This document shows positions 24,132 through 33,433 of a stretch of DNA of 64,000 nt, piece after piece. Source of the DNA: an uncultured delta proteobacterium. Lineage in GTDB: Bacteria; Myxococcota_A; Polyangia; Fen-1088. Both the position numbers and the translations under genes were made by a program. The notes beneath the pieces were generated by a model. That model saw only the letters and a list, made by a program, of their open reading frames with translations. It was not told the origin of the DNA and searched no databases. Position 1 is the first letter of the stretch. Each line of letters begins with the position of its first letter. The stretch covers positions 768,001 through 832,000 of the forward strand of contig CAVTRY010000011.1 of the NCBI GenBank assembly GCA_963737265.1, given 5' to 3'.

Positions 24132-26003
24132 TTACCACCACATGCTGGCTGCGAGCGAGATGACGTACTTATCGGGCTGCGGCGATCCGTGGCTCAGAGC
24201 CGCGACGTCGAGCGTGCCGTATCTCCCATAGGGCCACGGCATGATTGCTTCGACCTTGGTGGGATCGTGATACGAAGAGCCATAATTGTAGAACGAGCCC
24301 TGCAGAACGATCATCTCGTGGGTGACGAACTCGCTGCGGAAGATGAGCTTCGGCGTGAAGACCTGGAAGGATTGGTTGCTGTCACTCATGTTGGGGTTGA
24401 CGAGGTCCACGCGAAACGCCACGGCCATCATGGGCAGGAACGAGTAGGTGGGCTCGAGTCCCCACTTCAGCTTGCTCATGTTCGCACTTCCGGCCGGAAT
24501 GGTCACGTTGTCAGCTCCAAGTGCGGTGGTCCCAGAGACCTTGTTGTACATACCAAACAACGTGACCGATAGGTCGGCGGCCTGGCCCCAGAACGGCCGC
24601 GGCCGCATCATGAAGGCGGCCATGCTGAAGGTATACTGCCCCGCGATGGTGTCGACGCTGCCATTGCCGTCGGCAAAGTAGTTCTGCGCCAGCTGCCAGC
24701 CGCCTTGCGAGTGGAGCACCTCGATGGAGTCGGCAACCGCCAGGGCATTGGAAGCCTTGATGTGCGAGTAGCCGATGTACCCGTCTCCCATCCAGCCACC
24801 ATTCAGCCTGAGATCCGCGCCGTAGACCTGAATCGAAGCCGAGTTGGGAATGGCGGATTTTCCGGTGGGAGCGATGGCTTTGTCGGGTAAACCTGAAGCT
24901 GCATCGCCAGTTCCAGTACCGCCCGTCGTGGCAACGTTCCAACGAGCATCGCGCACGAAGGAATTGAGGTAGTGGCCGGTCACGGTCCAAATTCCGTTGA
25001 TCACGAGCCCGGCATGAAGGTGGGCCAGCATGTTCGTACCCTCCTGGACTTTATTACCGGGAAAGGGTTGCCAGGAAGGATAGTTGTAACAAGCCTGCCC
25101 CGCAGCGTCGGCGGTGCAGGGGTTCTGATTGTATGTGGCGGCGGTCCCCGTTTCGTATTGCTGGTACTGCTGGTCGACCTTGGCACCAAAGCCGCCCTCT
25201 ACGAGCAGCTTCATGTCGTCGTTGATTTCGATGTCCGCGGTCGCAGTCGCGCCGGCGATGCGGGTGCGGCCAAACAGGTAGGTTTGGTACTGGCCGCCGT
25301 CGTACTTTCCAAACGCGCCGTAGAAGTTCGAAAACACACCCACGTCCCAGGCCATGCCGCCCAGGTTGCCGAGTGCCTCAGGGAACTTCAAGGTCAGGAA
25401 GGCGCGGTCGATGCCGAGCTGGTCCTGCAATTCGCGCCACCCGCCGGAGGTGATGTTGTAGCTGGCGATGGAGGTCGTCATCATGACCCGCTGGTTACCG
25501 TACTGGAAAAGCAACTCGGCCCATGGGCCCGGGGCGACGCCAGTAAACATCCATCGGGTGTAGTTACCGTCGGGTACGACTGGCGGGGCATGGAACTGAA
25601 GCTGGCCCGGAGTGAGGCTGCCACTGTTGTCGATGCCGAGGCGCATCGGTCCGCGGAAGTAGCCCTTGAACTTGAAGCCCCAGTCCTTCTCCGACGTGGC
25701 GGTTTCAGTCGTTTCCGTGCCGCCGCTGAACGTCAAGCTCTGGCTGCTGAGACCGGCAGAATCGATGGTCTTGGCCTTCTTCTGCTGGGCGGCTGGCGCG
25801 ACGTCCACTTCGCTGTCGGCCGGCGGCGGGGGAGCAGGCACCGCGACGGGCGCAGCGCTGGCCGCCGGGACTTGGATTGGGGCCGCGGGTTTCCCGCCCT
25901 GCGTGAGCGAGTCGTCCGAAGCCGGCGCGCTTGGCTGAGCTGCCGCTACGCCTGTGAAAAGCAGGGTTCCGATGAATGCCGTGGATCGAATTGAACGCAA
26001 CAT
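24132..26003 (-). CDS. putative outer-membrane beta-barrel protein (possible carbohydrate porin)
   Basis: Signal peptide, Pro/Ala linker, alternating amphipathic strands and aromatic C-terminus (MWW). Ends 3 bp upstream of the GH9 start; GGGAG RBS. Confidence 0.65.
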   Translation of the reverse strand: MLRSIRSTAFIGTLLFTGVAAAQPSAPASDDSLTQGGKPAAPIQVPAASAAPVAVPAPPPPADSEVDVAPAAQQKKAKTIDSAGLSSQSLTFSGGTETTETATSEKDWGFKFKGYFRGPMRLGIDNSGSLTPGQLQFHAPPVVPDGNYTRWMFTGVAPGPWAELLFQYGNQRVMMTTSIASYNITSGGWRELQDQLGIDRAFLTLKFPEALGNLGGMAWDVGVFSNFYGAFGKYDGGQYQTYLFGRTRIAGATATADIEINDDMKLLVEGGFGAKVDQQYQQYETGTAATYNQNPCTADAAGQACYNYPSWQPFPGNKVQEGTNMLAHLHAGLVINGIWTVTGHYLNSFVRDARWNVATTGGTGTGDAASGLPDKAIAPTGKSAIPNSASIQVYGADLRLNGGWMGDGYIGYSHIKASNALAVADSIEVLHSQGGWQLAQNYFADGNGSVDTIAGQYTFSMAAFMMRPRPFWGQAADLSVTLFGMYNKVSGTTALGADNVTIPAGSANMSKLKWGLEPTYSFLPMMAVAFRVDLVNPNMSDSNQSFQVFTPKLIFRSEFVTHEMIVLQGSFYNYGSSYHDPTKVEAIMPWPYGRYGTLDVAALSHGSPQPDKYVISLAASMWW

Positions 26004-26424
26004 AGACACTCCCAAGGTTGGAAACATGAGGCGGCGAGCCCCCGAACGTTTATGGAAACCAGAACCGTCCTTCCGGGTCTGGATAGTGCGCGAACTTTTT
26101 CTTGCGTTCATGTCCACCCTCCAAGGTTGATTTTTGCGAATTCAAACAACCGAAGCGCGAGAGATGGGAACCCGAGAACGTGGCCGCTGTTCGCAAGACT
26201 TATAGGCTCTTAGGCAATAAACGGACGGACTGTACACGAGGTGTTTGTCTTTGTATACGGTCTGCCGGCGACCGCGCCGGCAGATTCGCTGCCCTTCGTC
26301 GATCGCGGCAGAGCCGCCAAGTCATGCGTTTGGTCTCCCGGAGGTTAGGAGTCGCCTGGCTGCGCCCGCGGGTCATCTTTCATCAGCGCGCTTCATCAGC
26401 GCGGGCTTCGGTCGGGCCGTCAGT

Positions 26425-27978
26425 CTAGAAGGCGACGACGCCGCCGAGCAGGGCGCTTCCCGCCGCACGATGGACGCGCTCGCCGTCGAGACGAAAGACT
26501 TCGCCCCCACCGTCGAGGTTGAGCGTGAGGTACGTCCGGGCATAGAGCCGCGTGCTGAAAACAGCCGCCCCGCCGTAGGCGAAGCCGAAAGAATTGGAAA
26601 TCAGGCCGTTCATGTCCTGCTGGCGCACCATCGGCACGCCAACCGTCGGCCCTAGCTGAATAGCTAGGTGGGGCGTGTTGAGCAGGGGAGCCAAAAGATC
26701 TAGGCTCGCCCCAACGCGCAGAAGCGACGAATGATAGACGTCCTGCTGGGAATCAAACGACGCAATGCTGGCGCGCGCGCGCACGGCAGCCCAGCGGAAA
26801 TTGTATGCGTAAGAGACCGTGGCGGTCCCGAGGACCGCGGGACTGCCTGGCACAACCGACGTGCTCACGCCGACATAGGCACCGAGGCTGCTGCGCAAAT
26901 CCAGTACGCCGCCTTTGCTACGCGGATTTCCCTGGGCAACCTCGACCATGCCCGCCGACTCCACCGGCGTGACACTGCCCGGGGCCAGCGCGAGCGTGCG
27001 TTCGCTGATTTTTCCCATCGTCCGCCGCACGATCCGATAGGCGCCGGCGGGAACGGACAGATAAAGGTCATCTCCCGCACTGGAAGAGATTTCGGCGATC
27101 ACGTCGCCGTTGCTCTTGTCGAGCACCGTGTACGTTGCACCTGCTTCGCGCGCGAACGCCAGACGCGCGTCTCTGGGACGGGTTCGGGTCAGGACGACTT
27201 CACCCGCGCCGGCCATGCGGTAATCGTAGGTCGGATGCTGACCACCCACCAAGCTGGCGGCGGTGTTGGCCAAGGTTCGATTGAAGGCGAACTGGTAAAC
27301 CTCGCTCAACGTGACCTGGCCGTCGTTCGAGGTGTCGGCGGCCCCGCGCAGCCCGGCCATGATGTTCTGACTGAAGAAGGATCCCCCGATGTCGTCCGAT
27401 TCCTGCGAAAACTCGTTGGCGGTGGACGACGTTACGATGGCCATGCCCTTGACCTGGCCTGGGTCGGCCAAGCGTACCTCGTAGCCCGGAGCGCGCTTGC
27501 CGCCTTTCACGCCCGTGAGCGCACCCGATTGGCACGCATCGACGAACGCCACGCGAACATCGGCGGCGCTTAGCTGTTCGAGGTACGATCGCAGGTCGCG
27601 CAGGGGCAAGCGCTCGGAGCCGAGCTCGAGCGCTTCGTTGTCGCCGTGCCCGGAGTAGTAAAAAAGAAAGAGCGTCTGATTGCCTGCGGCCTTGGCGGCC
27701 TGCAGCTTCTGTCGAACCTCGACCAAGCCCTTCTCGATGTCGCCACGGCTCGCCCCACGCAAGGTGACCACGTCCTCGAAATCTCCGGTGGTTCTGAGCA
27801 AATCCGCCAGGCGCCCGACCTCTTCTTCCGCGTAGCGCAGTCGGCGCGTGGGATCGTTTCCGGCGTTGTTTCCGGCGACGAGACCAAGGCGAACCTGTCG
27901 CGTCTGTGCCGAGGCAGGCACGACGCAAACACAGAGTCCAATCGCCAAGGCAACGATGCCTGAACACCAGGACCGCAT
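26425..27978 (-). CDS. exported caspase-family (peptidase C14) protein with C-terminal putative beta-barrel
   Basis: Signal peptide ending ASA; catalytic dyad YYSGHG / DACQSG; ADTSNDGQVTLSE; C-terminal amphipathic strands ending in F. Confidence 0.87.
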   Translation of the reverse strand: MRSWCSGIVALAIGLCVCVVPASAQTRQVRLGLVAGNNAGNDPTRRLRYAEEEVGRLADLLRTTGDFEDVVTLRGASRGDIEKGLVEVRQKLQAAKAAGNQTLFLFYYSGHGDNEALELGSERLPLRDLRSYLEQLSAADVRVAFVDACQSGALTGVKGGKRAPGYEVRLADPGQVKGMAIVTSSTANEFSQESDDIGGSFFSQNIMAGLRGAADTSNDGQVTLSEVYQFAFNRTLANTAASLVGGQHPTYDYRMAGAGEVVLTRTRPRDARLAFAREAGATYTVLDKSNGDVIAEISSSAGDDLYLSVPAGAYRIVRRTMGKISERTLALAPGSVTPVESAGMVEVAQGNPRSKGGVLDLRSSLGAYVGVSTSVVPGSPAVLGTATVSYAYNFRWAAVRARASIASFDSQQDVYHSSLLRVGASLDLLAPLLNTPHLAIQLGPTVGVPMVRQQDMNGLISNSFGFAYGGAAVFSTRLYARTYLTLNLDGGGEVFRLDGERVHRAAGSALLGGVVAF

Positions 27979-27979
27979 T

Positions 27980-28753
27980 TCAGGGTCTCCTTAGTAGCAA
28001 TGACACCTGTTCTACGGGTAGGTCAAGAACTGTTGCATGCCGAATGTCACCGCCTGCGGCGGAGAGCACGGTCGCAACCGCTTGGCGCACCCCATTATCG
28101 GTAAGAGGCTCTTCCGACCAAACGGCGAAGATCCGCTCCCAGCCGCTGTGGCTGTCTAGTTCCACCGAGCCGGGCAAGAAGACCCTGGCGCCCGCGGCCA
28201 CCGCCACGCTCGCCAGCCGCGGTTCCTGGTAGTAGGGGAAGATGCGCCCCTGGTCGTCGACGCCGAAGATGAGAAGAAATCCCGGCCGGTCCTGGGTATA
28301 GGCAAAACGCAGCCGGTCGCCCGCGAGAAAATCACTGCCATCCACCGCAGGGTAAACAGCCTCGCCACGCTTGCAATAGGTCTCGACGATAAGCCGGCCC
28401 TTGACCGTCGAGCCTGCCTGGCTGCCGTGTCCAAGGGGGTTCAGCGTGGGTTTGACGAAGAGCAACATCACCGCCGTGGCCGGCACCAACAGGACAGGCA
28501 CGAGAAACCGGAGCCAAGTCCGCCTGGCCTTACGCCGATTCACTATGTCCAGGATTGCGCGTGCGGCCCGAACGCTACGATCCGCCGGGTTGTCACCCAG
28601 CAGCAACGACCGCGCTTCGGCGATTTCGGCGACTACGGCGCCGCAACGGCTGCACGCACCCACGTGCTCCGAGACCGCCGCGGGACGTGCCGACTCGGGA
28701 CGACTCTCCCAGCGCGAGAGCTCGAGACGAGAAGGGCAAGGAGGCATAGACAT
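27980..28753 (-). CDS. putative anti-sigma factor (zf-HC2-like, one TM, periplasmic DUF4384-like domain)
   Basis: HVGACSRC, a single TM segment, GDRLRFAY..LPGSVELD; directly follows the ECF sigma gene. Confidence 0.75.
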   Translation of the reverse strand: MSMPPCPSRLELSRWESRPESARPAAVSEHVGACSRCGAVVAEIAEARSLLLGDNPADRSVRAARAILDIVNRRKARRTWLRFLVPVLLVPATAVMLLFVKPTLNPLGHGSQAGSTVKGRLIVETYCKRGEAVYPAVDGSDFLAGDRLRFAYTQDRPGFLLIFGVDDQGRIFPYYQEPRLASVAVAAGARVFLPGSVELDSHSGWERIFAVWSEEPLTDNGVRQAVATVLSAAGGDIRHATVLDLPVEQVSLLLRRP

Positions 28754-28758
28754 GGGGC

Positions 28759-29415
28759 CTATTCCTCGTCCTTTGAGTGCGGCGATTCTGGCGTATATTG
28801 CGCTTCCGCTTCCACCGTCCGGGGCTTGGAATGAAGCAGCTCATCCGCGATGCGGGCCATTTTTCGCAGACGATTGAAGACGGTCCTTCGCGTGATGCCA
28901 AGGACATCCGCGACTTCGACCTGCGACATGCCGTCGAGGTAGTGCATGATCGCCACTTGCGCCCCGCCCTCCCCACACTTTTCCATCACCGCCAGAACGA
29001 ATTCGCGATCCGCAAGTCCAGCTTCGGCTGAGCTGACGTGGGCGGCGTTGGCCGCTAACGTGGGCACCGCGCGCGAGTGAACATTGTGTTCGCGCAGCAG
29101 GTTCAGGCAGACATTGGTCGAGACGCGATAGAGATAGCGAAGCGCCTCCTCCTCGCGCGGCAGCACCACGCCTCGCGCGATCACGCGCACGAAGGCCTCC
29201 TGGGTAGCGTCGCGCGCGGCCGCGGGCGACTGCAGGAAGCGCCGGCAGTGGGCGTAGATCGCCGGAGAGAACTTGGAGTACAGATCCGCGAGCGCAGTCG
29301 CGGTCGTTTGGGCTTCCCTTGAGCTTTCTTTGTCGTTTTCCACGGCGCTGGCCGGGGCAGCATAGCCCACTGGCGTGGCGCCAGGAAAAATCGCTTCCGT
29401 GCACGCCCAAGGCAT
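28759..29415 (-). CDS. ECF RNA polymerase sigma factor
   Basis: Region 2 (ARDATQEAF..YLYRVSTNVCLN) and region 4 (GMSQVEVADVLGITRRTV). Start uncertain (29343-29514). Confidence 0.88.
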   Translation of the reverse strand: MPWACTEAIFPGATPVGYAAPASAVENDKESSREAQTTATALADLYSKFSPAIYAHCRRFLQSPAAARDATQEAFVRVIARGVVLPREEEALRYLYRVSTNVCLNLLREHNVHSRAVPTLAANAAHVSSAEAGLADREFVLAVMEKCGEGGAQVAIMHYLDGMSQVEVADVLGITRRTVFNRLRKMARIADELLHSKPRTVEAEAQYTPESPHSKDEE

Positions 29416-29879
29416 CGGCACGAACACCTCGCCCCGGCCGTCGCGGACTTCGGCCCCGCGAGATGCCCCGGCCGCGCCTGCCAAGAAAGCAGCGCCGGTG
29501 CACAACCCATTCATCAAAGCTCCGCGTTCCATCTCCCCAACCTTAGAACAACCCTTCCCATGACAATGGGAATGGCTCCAACCTCGTCGCAGGTACGCTT
29601 TTCCCGATCGACGCGCACCGGTTTCTTGGTTGTTTCCTGGCAGCCCGTGGTGAAGGTCTCCACGTCGCCGTTCGGGCGGATTCTGGGCCGTTTGCTGACC
29701 TTGGAGGCCTGGGAGGGTTCCAACCCTCCCGCGCCCAGAGCGGTCGAGCATAGCTCGCCCGCTCTCCCGCGTATGCGTCGCCGCTCGCTTGAATACCTCT
29801 AGTATTCGGCGCTTCGCTGCTCCTTGCGTCCGGCCCGAATCCGCTCCGAACGGCTCGATCCGACTTCCACCGCGGTCTG

Positions 29880-31748
29880 CTAGTAGATCGGAATCGCGGG
29901 CGGAATCGAGATCATGTCCCAGACCGGAGTGGTGTTCACGTAGGTAACCGGATCCGTCGGCGGCGCCTGCCACCACAGGTAAATCGACGGGTAGGTCGTG
30001 TACTTGCCGTTCTCCAGCGAAATCGCGGTCAGATAGAGTTGCGAAATCTCACGCGCCACACCGTCATACTGCGAGGTCTGCTTGGGTAGCCCCGCGCGGT
30101 TGGAAGAAAAGACAACCCAATAGTAGGTGCGGCCGGCACTGTTGGTCTGGGCCTGAGGCGCCCACTTGGGGAAGTGGTTATTGACGCCAGGGCTGGTCTT
30201 GCCCGTACACGCCACCGGGTCATTGGCGGCCAGACGAACCGCCGTGCCGGCGCCAGGCGCTTTGCCCAAGGGCACGAAGAAGATCTCGGCCGCGGGGTTG
30301 GCGTACATCACGCCGCCCGCGGCAATGCGATCGAAGAGAACCATGGTGTCGTCGGGAGCGTAGGCGGCGTAGTACTCCTCCCAGTTCCTATCCGAGGCAC
30401 CGGGTACAGGCTTGGCATCACCGCCATTGCCGCCGTTGTAGGGCACCACGTAGAGATCCGTCGCGCCCACCTGCAAGCGCCCGTCCATGTTGCCCCCAGC
30501 CGTGGATGCGTAAATGATGTTGGTGCCGTCGTGGCTCCAGGTCGGAAAGGCGACGCCGTTGGGATCGCCGTTGCGCGCGACGATGCCGTAGTTTCCGGCC
30601 GCAGCCTGCGCGATGGGCTGCTGGTTAGTACCCACCGTCTGCACAGTGGGTGGTGGGGGCGAGTCGAGGTTGTACCAAACCAGTTTCGCGAGCTGCTTAT
30701 TGTCCGTGCTCCATGGCACCAACTCGTTCTGCTGGGACGAGGTCGTCACCATGATGCGCTTGCCGTCCGCCCACGCCGCAGACGAGAAGGTGCTGGCCCC
30801 GCCCCATGGCTTCTGTAGGGCCGCCAGTCCGCCGACGGAAAGGTTGGGAAGTTGGTTGCCCACGATGCCCGGCTTGACCCCGGCAATGAGCGAGTTCCAC
30901 GGCCAGTTGTCCACGAAGGACACGTAACCCGAGTCGGGCGTGGCCGAGTGGCAGCCGATGCAGGAAGGCTTACGGATGCTTGCGGACTGATCCCGGCTGG
31001 GCTGCGTCACGTCCGGGAACTTCAGGGTGTCCGCCACGCCTTCCTCGCCCACGGTGAAGCCGCGCAAGAAGGAGCTGGTTGGCGAGACCGTCGTTAGGTT
31101 CTGGTTGTTGACCGCCGTGGGATCCGCGGCCCAGAACACGATGCTGCCCGCGGCGCTCGCGGATGCAATCTGAAATTTCACCACGGTCGCACCGCCCCCG
31201 GCAGCCCGAACCGTAACCGTGATGTCGGATTCGTGTACATGCTTCGACAGGCCGGTCCACACATCTTTTGGCATGATCCACGAGCTGGCCGTGGTGTAGA
31301 CGACGAGGTCATTTGCCTCGAGGTCGGCGTGGATGGTGATTTGGGTGAGGCCGGTCGTTCCCGTCCAGCGAATGCGCGGACGGGTCCAGTTGTAGGGAAA
31401 GAGCGAGCCATCCTCCGGCTCGACCAGGCACGGGCCGGCTCCCGACGGCGTCCCGGAGAACTGGCTGGCCGCATTCGGCGGCGCGCCCGTGTCCGTGATG
31501 GGGGAGGAGGAAAAATCGGTACAAGCAGTTGGATTGTCGCAGGCTACGGGAGCCGCGCCCTGGTCGGGGGTCGTCACCGTGGTCGAGGTGATGGTGTCGG
31601 TGCCGATGCTCGGCCCGGTCGCTCCGCCGCCTCCGCTGTTGCCGCCACCGCTGTTTGCCGACGAGCCACCTACTATGTGCGCGCCTGCGCACCCGAGGAA
31701 AGGCAGCCCAAATGCCAGACAGGAAATGATTCGTATCGTTCGTTTCAT
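29880..31748 (-). CDS. TolB-like/PD40 beta-propeller lipoprotein with one CxxCH motif
   Basis: Lipobox FLGC, Gly-rich linker, CIGCH, and FPTWSHDG / FPKWAP / VVFSSNR PD40-like motifs. Confidence 0.7.
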   Translation of the reverse strand: MKRTIRIISCLAFGLPFLGCAGAHIVGGSSANSGGGNSGGGGATGPSIGTDTITSTTVTTPDQGAAPVACDNPTACTDFSSSPITDTGAPPNAASQFSGTPSGAGPCLVEPEDGSLFPYNWTRPRIRWTGTTGLTQITIHADLEANDLVVYTTASSWIMPKDVWTGLSKHVHESDITVTVRAAGGGATVVKFQIASASAAGSIVFWAADPTAVNNQNLTTVSPTSSFLRGFTVGEEGVADTLKFPDVTQPSRDQSASIRKPSCIGCHSATPDSGYVSFVDNWPWNSLIAGVKPGIVGNQLPNLSVGGLAALQKPWGGASTFSSAAWADGKRIMVTTSSQQNELVPWSTDNKQLAKLVWYNLDSPPPPTVQTVGTNQQPIAQAAAGNYGIVARNGDPNGVAFPTWSHDGTNIIYASTAGGNMDGRLQVGATDLYVVPYNGGNGGDAKPVPGASDRNWEEYYAAYAPDDTMVLFDRIAAGGVMYANPAAEIFFVPLGKAPGAGTAVRLAANDPVACTGKTSPGVNNHFPKWAPQAQTNSAGRTYYWVVFSSNRAGLPKQTSQYDGVAREISQLYLTAISLENGKYTTYPSIYLWWQAPPTDPVTYVNTTPVWDMISIPPAIPIY

Positions 31749-31764
31749 GGCGTCACCCCCAGAC

Positions 31765-33279
31765 TTAGAATTCCCACCGAATGCCCGAGGTGAGATCGAG
31801 CACGGCCGAGTCATTTGGAATACCCACGAGGAATTGAGCGTCGATCGTCCATCGAAAATGCCTGTTTAGCTTGACAAGGATTCCCGTTCCCGCACCCGCC
31901 ACGAACGGTCCGCCGCGAACCGTATCCTTGACGGTTCCCCTGGAAGTGCCGTCGGGGTTGATGATCTGTGCCGTCACCCGGAAGCGGAAGCCTTCACCCG
32001 CTCCGACGGTCGGAGCAAAATACCAGCGAATGCGACCTTCGTCCTCGCCGAAGAAGGACACACGAAACAGCGCCGTCAGCGCGCCGGTGGCCGTTCCCTG
32101 GTAGGCACCCGGGATCCATTGCAGACGCCCCGCGACCGACAGCGCGGTATTTCTCCCAACGAAGTAGCCAAACTCGGGAACCGCATGTCCAAGGTATGCG
32201 ATGGCGAGCCCAGGATTGAACTGAACACCGTCCTTTCCAAACGCCTCCGTGGAGTGTCCGGCGGCATAGCCGATGCCGGAGCCAACACCGAGCGCGAGCC
32301 AAAAGGTCCCTTTTGATCCTTCGTGCTCCCTGCGGCGCTCATTCTCCAAGCGGGCCAAGGGATTGCTGTCGTCGATTTCCTCGGCCTCGTCGGTCTCGTC
32401 GGGATTGTCCTCGTCTACCTCTCCAGATCCGGCCGCCTTAGGCGCCTCCGCGCCCTTTACGAGAATCATGCTCGGACTGCTGTCGCGACCAGACAGCGCC
32501 ACGGCGGCGCCGAGGTCGTTACGCGCCTCCACATAGAATGGCACCAGGCGAGCCTTGGTGTCGGAGCCTGGTATCCTGGCCACCCACGTGGTGATCCCAT
32601 CCGCGGTGGACGCGTTGGTCATTGGCAAGATCTGGTACTGCTCGGCACCGTTGGCCTTGTAGTAAAGGATGACCGTCGCAGGGCGGAGTTCCGCCGTCGT
32701 GAGACACTTGAGCGTGATTTCGTCGCCCGCCTTGATCTCGCCGCCCGCCGGGCACTTCATGGCGTTCCCGGTTTCTTGTTCGCCAGCCTTGGCCGCGGCG
32801 GCCGGCTCCGCCTCTTTGGCGCCACCCGCGCCCCCACCCGCCGCGAGCTCGGCCTTGGCCCGCGCAAGGTTCGCTTCGGTTTCGGGCGTGGCTCGCTGTT
32901 TGCCCATCTTGAGATCCGGCTTGATTGCCAGCGCCTTCTTGAAATGGAAGACCGCCTTGTCCGGATCCTTGAGGCCGACGCTATACAACACCGCCAGATT
33001 ACCGTGGGTCGCAAGGCCCGCCGGACCATTGGTCAGATTCGCCTTCTCGACTACGCCAAGCGCCTCCAGCAGCGTCTTTTCCGCCAACTGGAAATTCATG
33101 TCGTCGAAGAGTTGCATGGCGTAGCGATTCAGCTTCTGCGCACGCGTCGCGGCATCGGCGGGAGCCTCCGCCTTGCTCTCGACGGCGTGTGCCGCTGAAG
33201 GCGCGACGGCCAGAAGCGCAAAAGCCAGAAGAAGTTTGAATGGGGGCGTGAGCAATCTCGCGAAATGTCTTGAGAGCAT
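31765..33279 (-). CDS. exported TPR protein with C-terminal putative beta-barrel
   Basis: Signal peptide (AHA), TPR-like helices (HGNLAVLY..AVFHFKKALAIKPD), acidic linker, amphipathic strands ending WEF. Confidence 0.68.
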   Translation of the reverse strand: MLSRHFARLLTPPFKLLLAFALLAVAPSAAHAVESKAEAPADAATRAQKLNRYAMQLFDDMNFQLAEKTLLEALGVVEKANLTNGPAGLATHGNLAVLYSVGLKDPDKAVFHFKKALAIKPDLKMGKQRATPETEANLARAKAELAAGGGAGGAKEAEPAAAAKAGEQETGNAMKCPAGGEIKAGDEITLKCLTTAELRPATVILYYKANGAEQYQILPMTNASTADGITTWVARIPGSDTKARLVPFYVEARNDLGAAVALSGRDSSPSMILVKGAEAPKAAGSGEVDEDNPDETDEAEEIDDSNPLARLENERRREHEGSKGTFWLALGVGSGIGYAAGHSTEAFGKDGVQFNPGLAIAYLGHAVPEFGYFVGRNTALSVAGRLQWIPGAYQGTATGALTALFRVSFFGEDEGRIRWYFAPTVGAGEGFRFRVTAQIINPDGTSRGTVKDTVRGGPFVAGAGTGILVKLNRHFRWTIDAQFLVGIPNDSAVLDLTSGIRWEF

Positions 33280-33433
33280 GTTCTCTTCTTGTCGGTCCTA
33301 TCGGTCCTTTCTTTTACACACGCACGGGGCCGGAAGTGGGAAGAATCGTCACGCGCTCGCGGCAACCATCGCCCACGATCGCAACACGATCGCACCCTCA
33401 TCCACCCCGCAGGCTAAACTGCGACAAGCAAGT

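Noticed and set aside
26059-26082. Hairpin CCAGAACCG/CGGGTCTGG and repeated TGGAAAC upstream of the barrel gene as an operator or ECF promoter
   Set aside because: Too short and degenerate to call without comparative data.
26425-27978. Caspase as an anti-phage cell-death effector
   Set aside because: It has a signal peptide and ECF context, with no gasdermin, NLR/STAND or TIR partner nearby.
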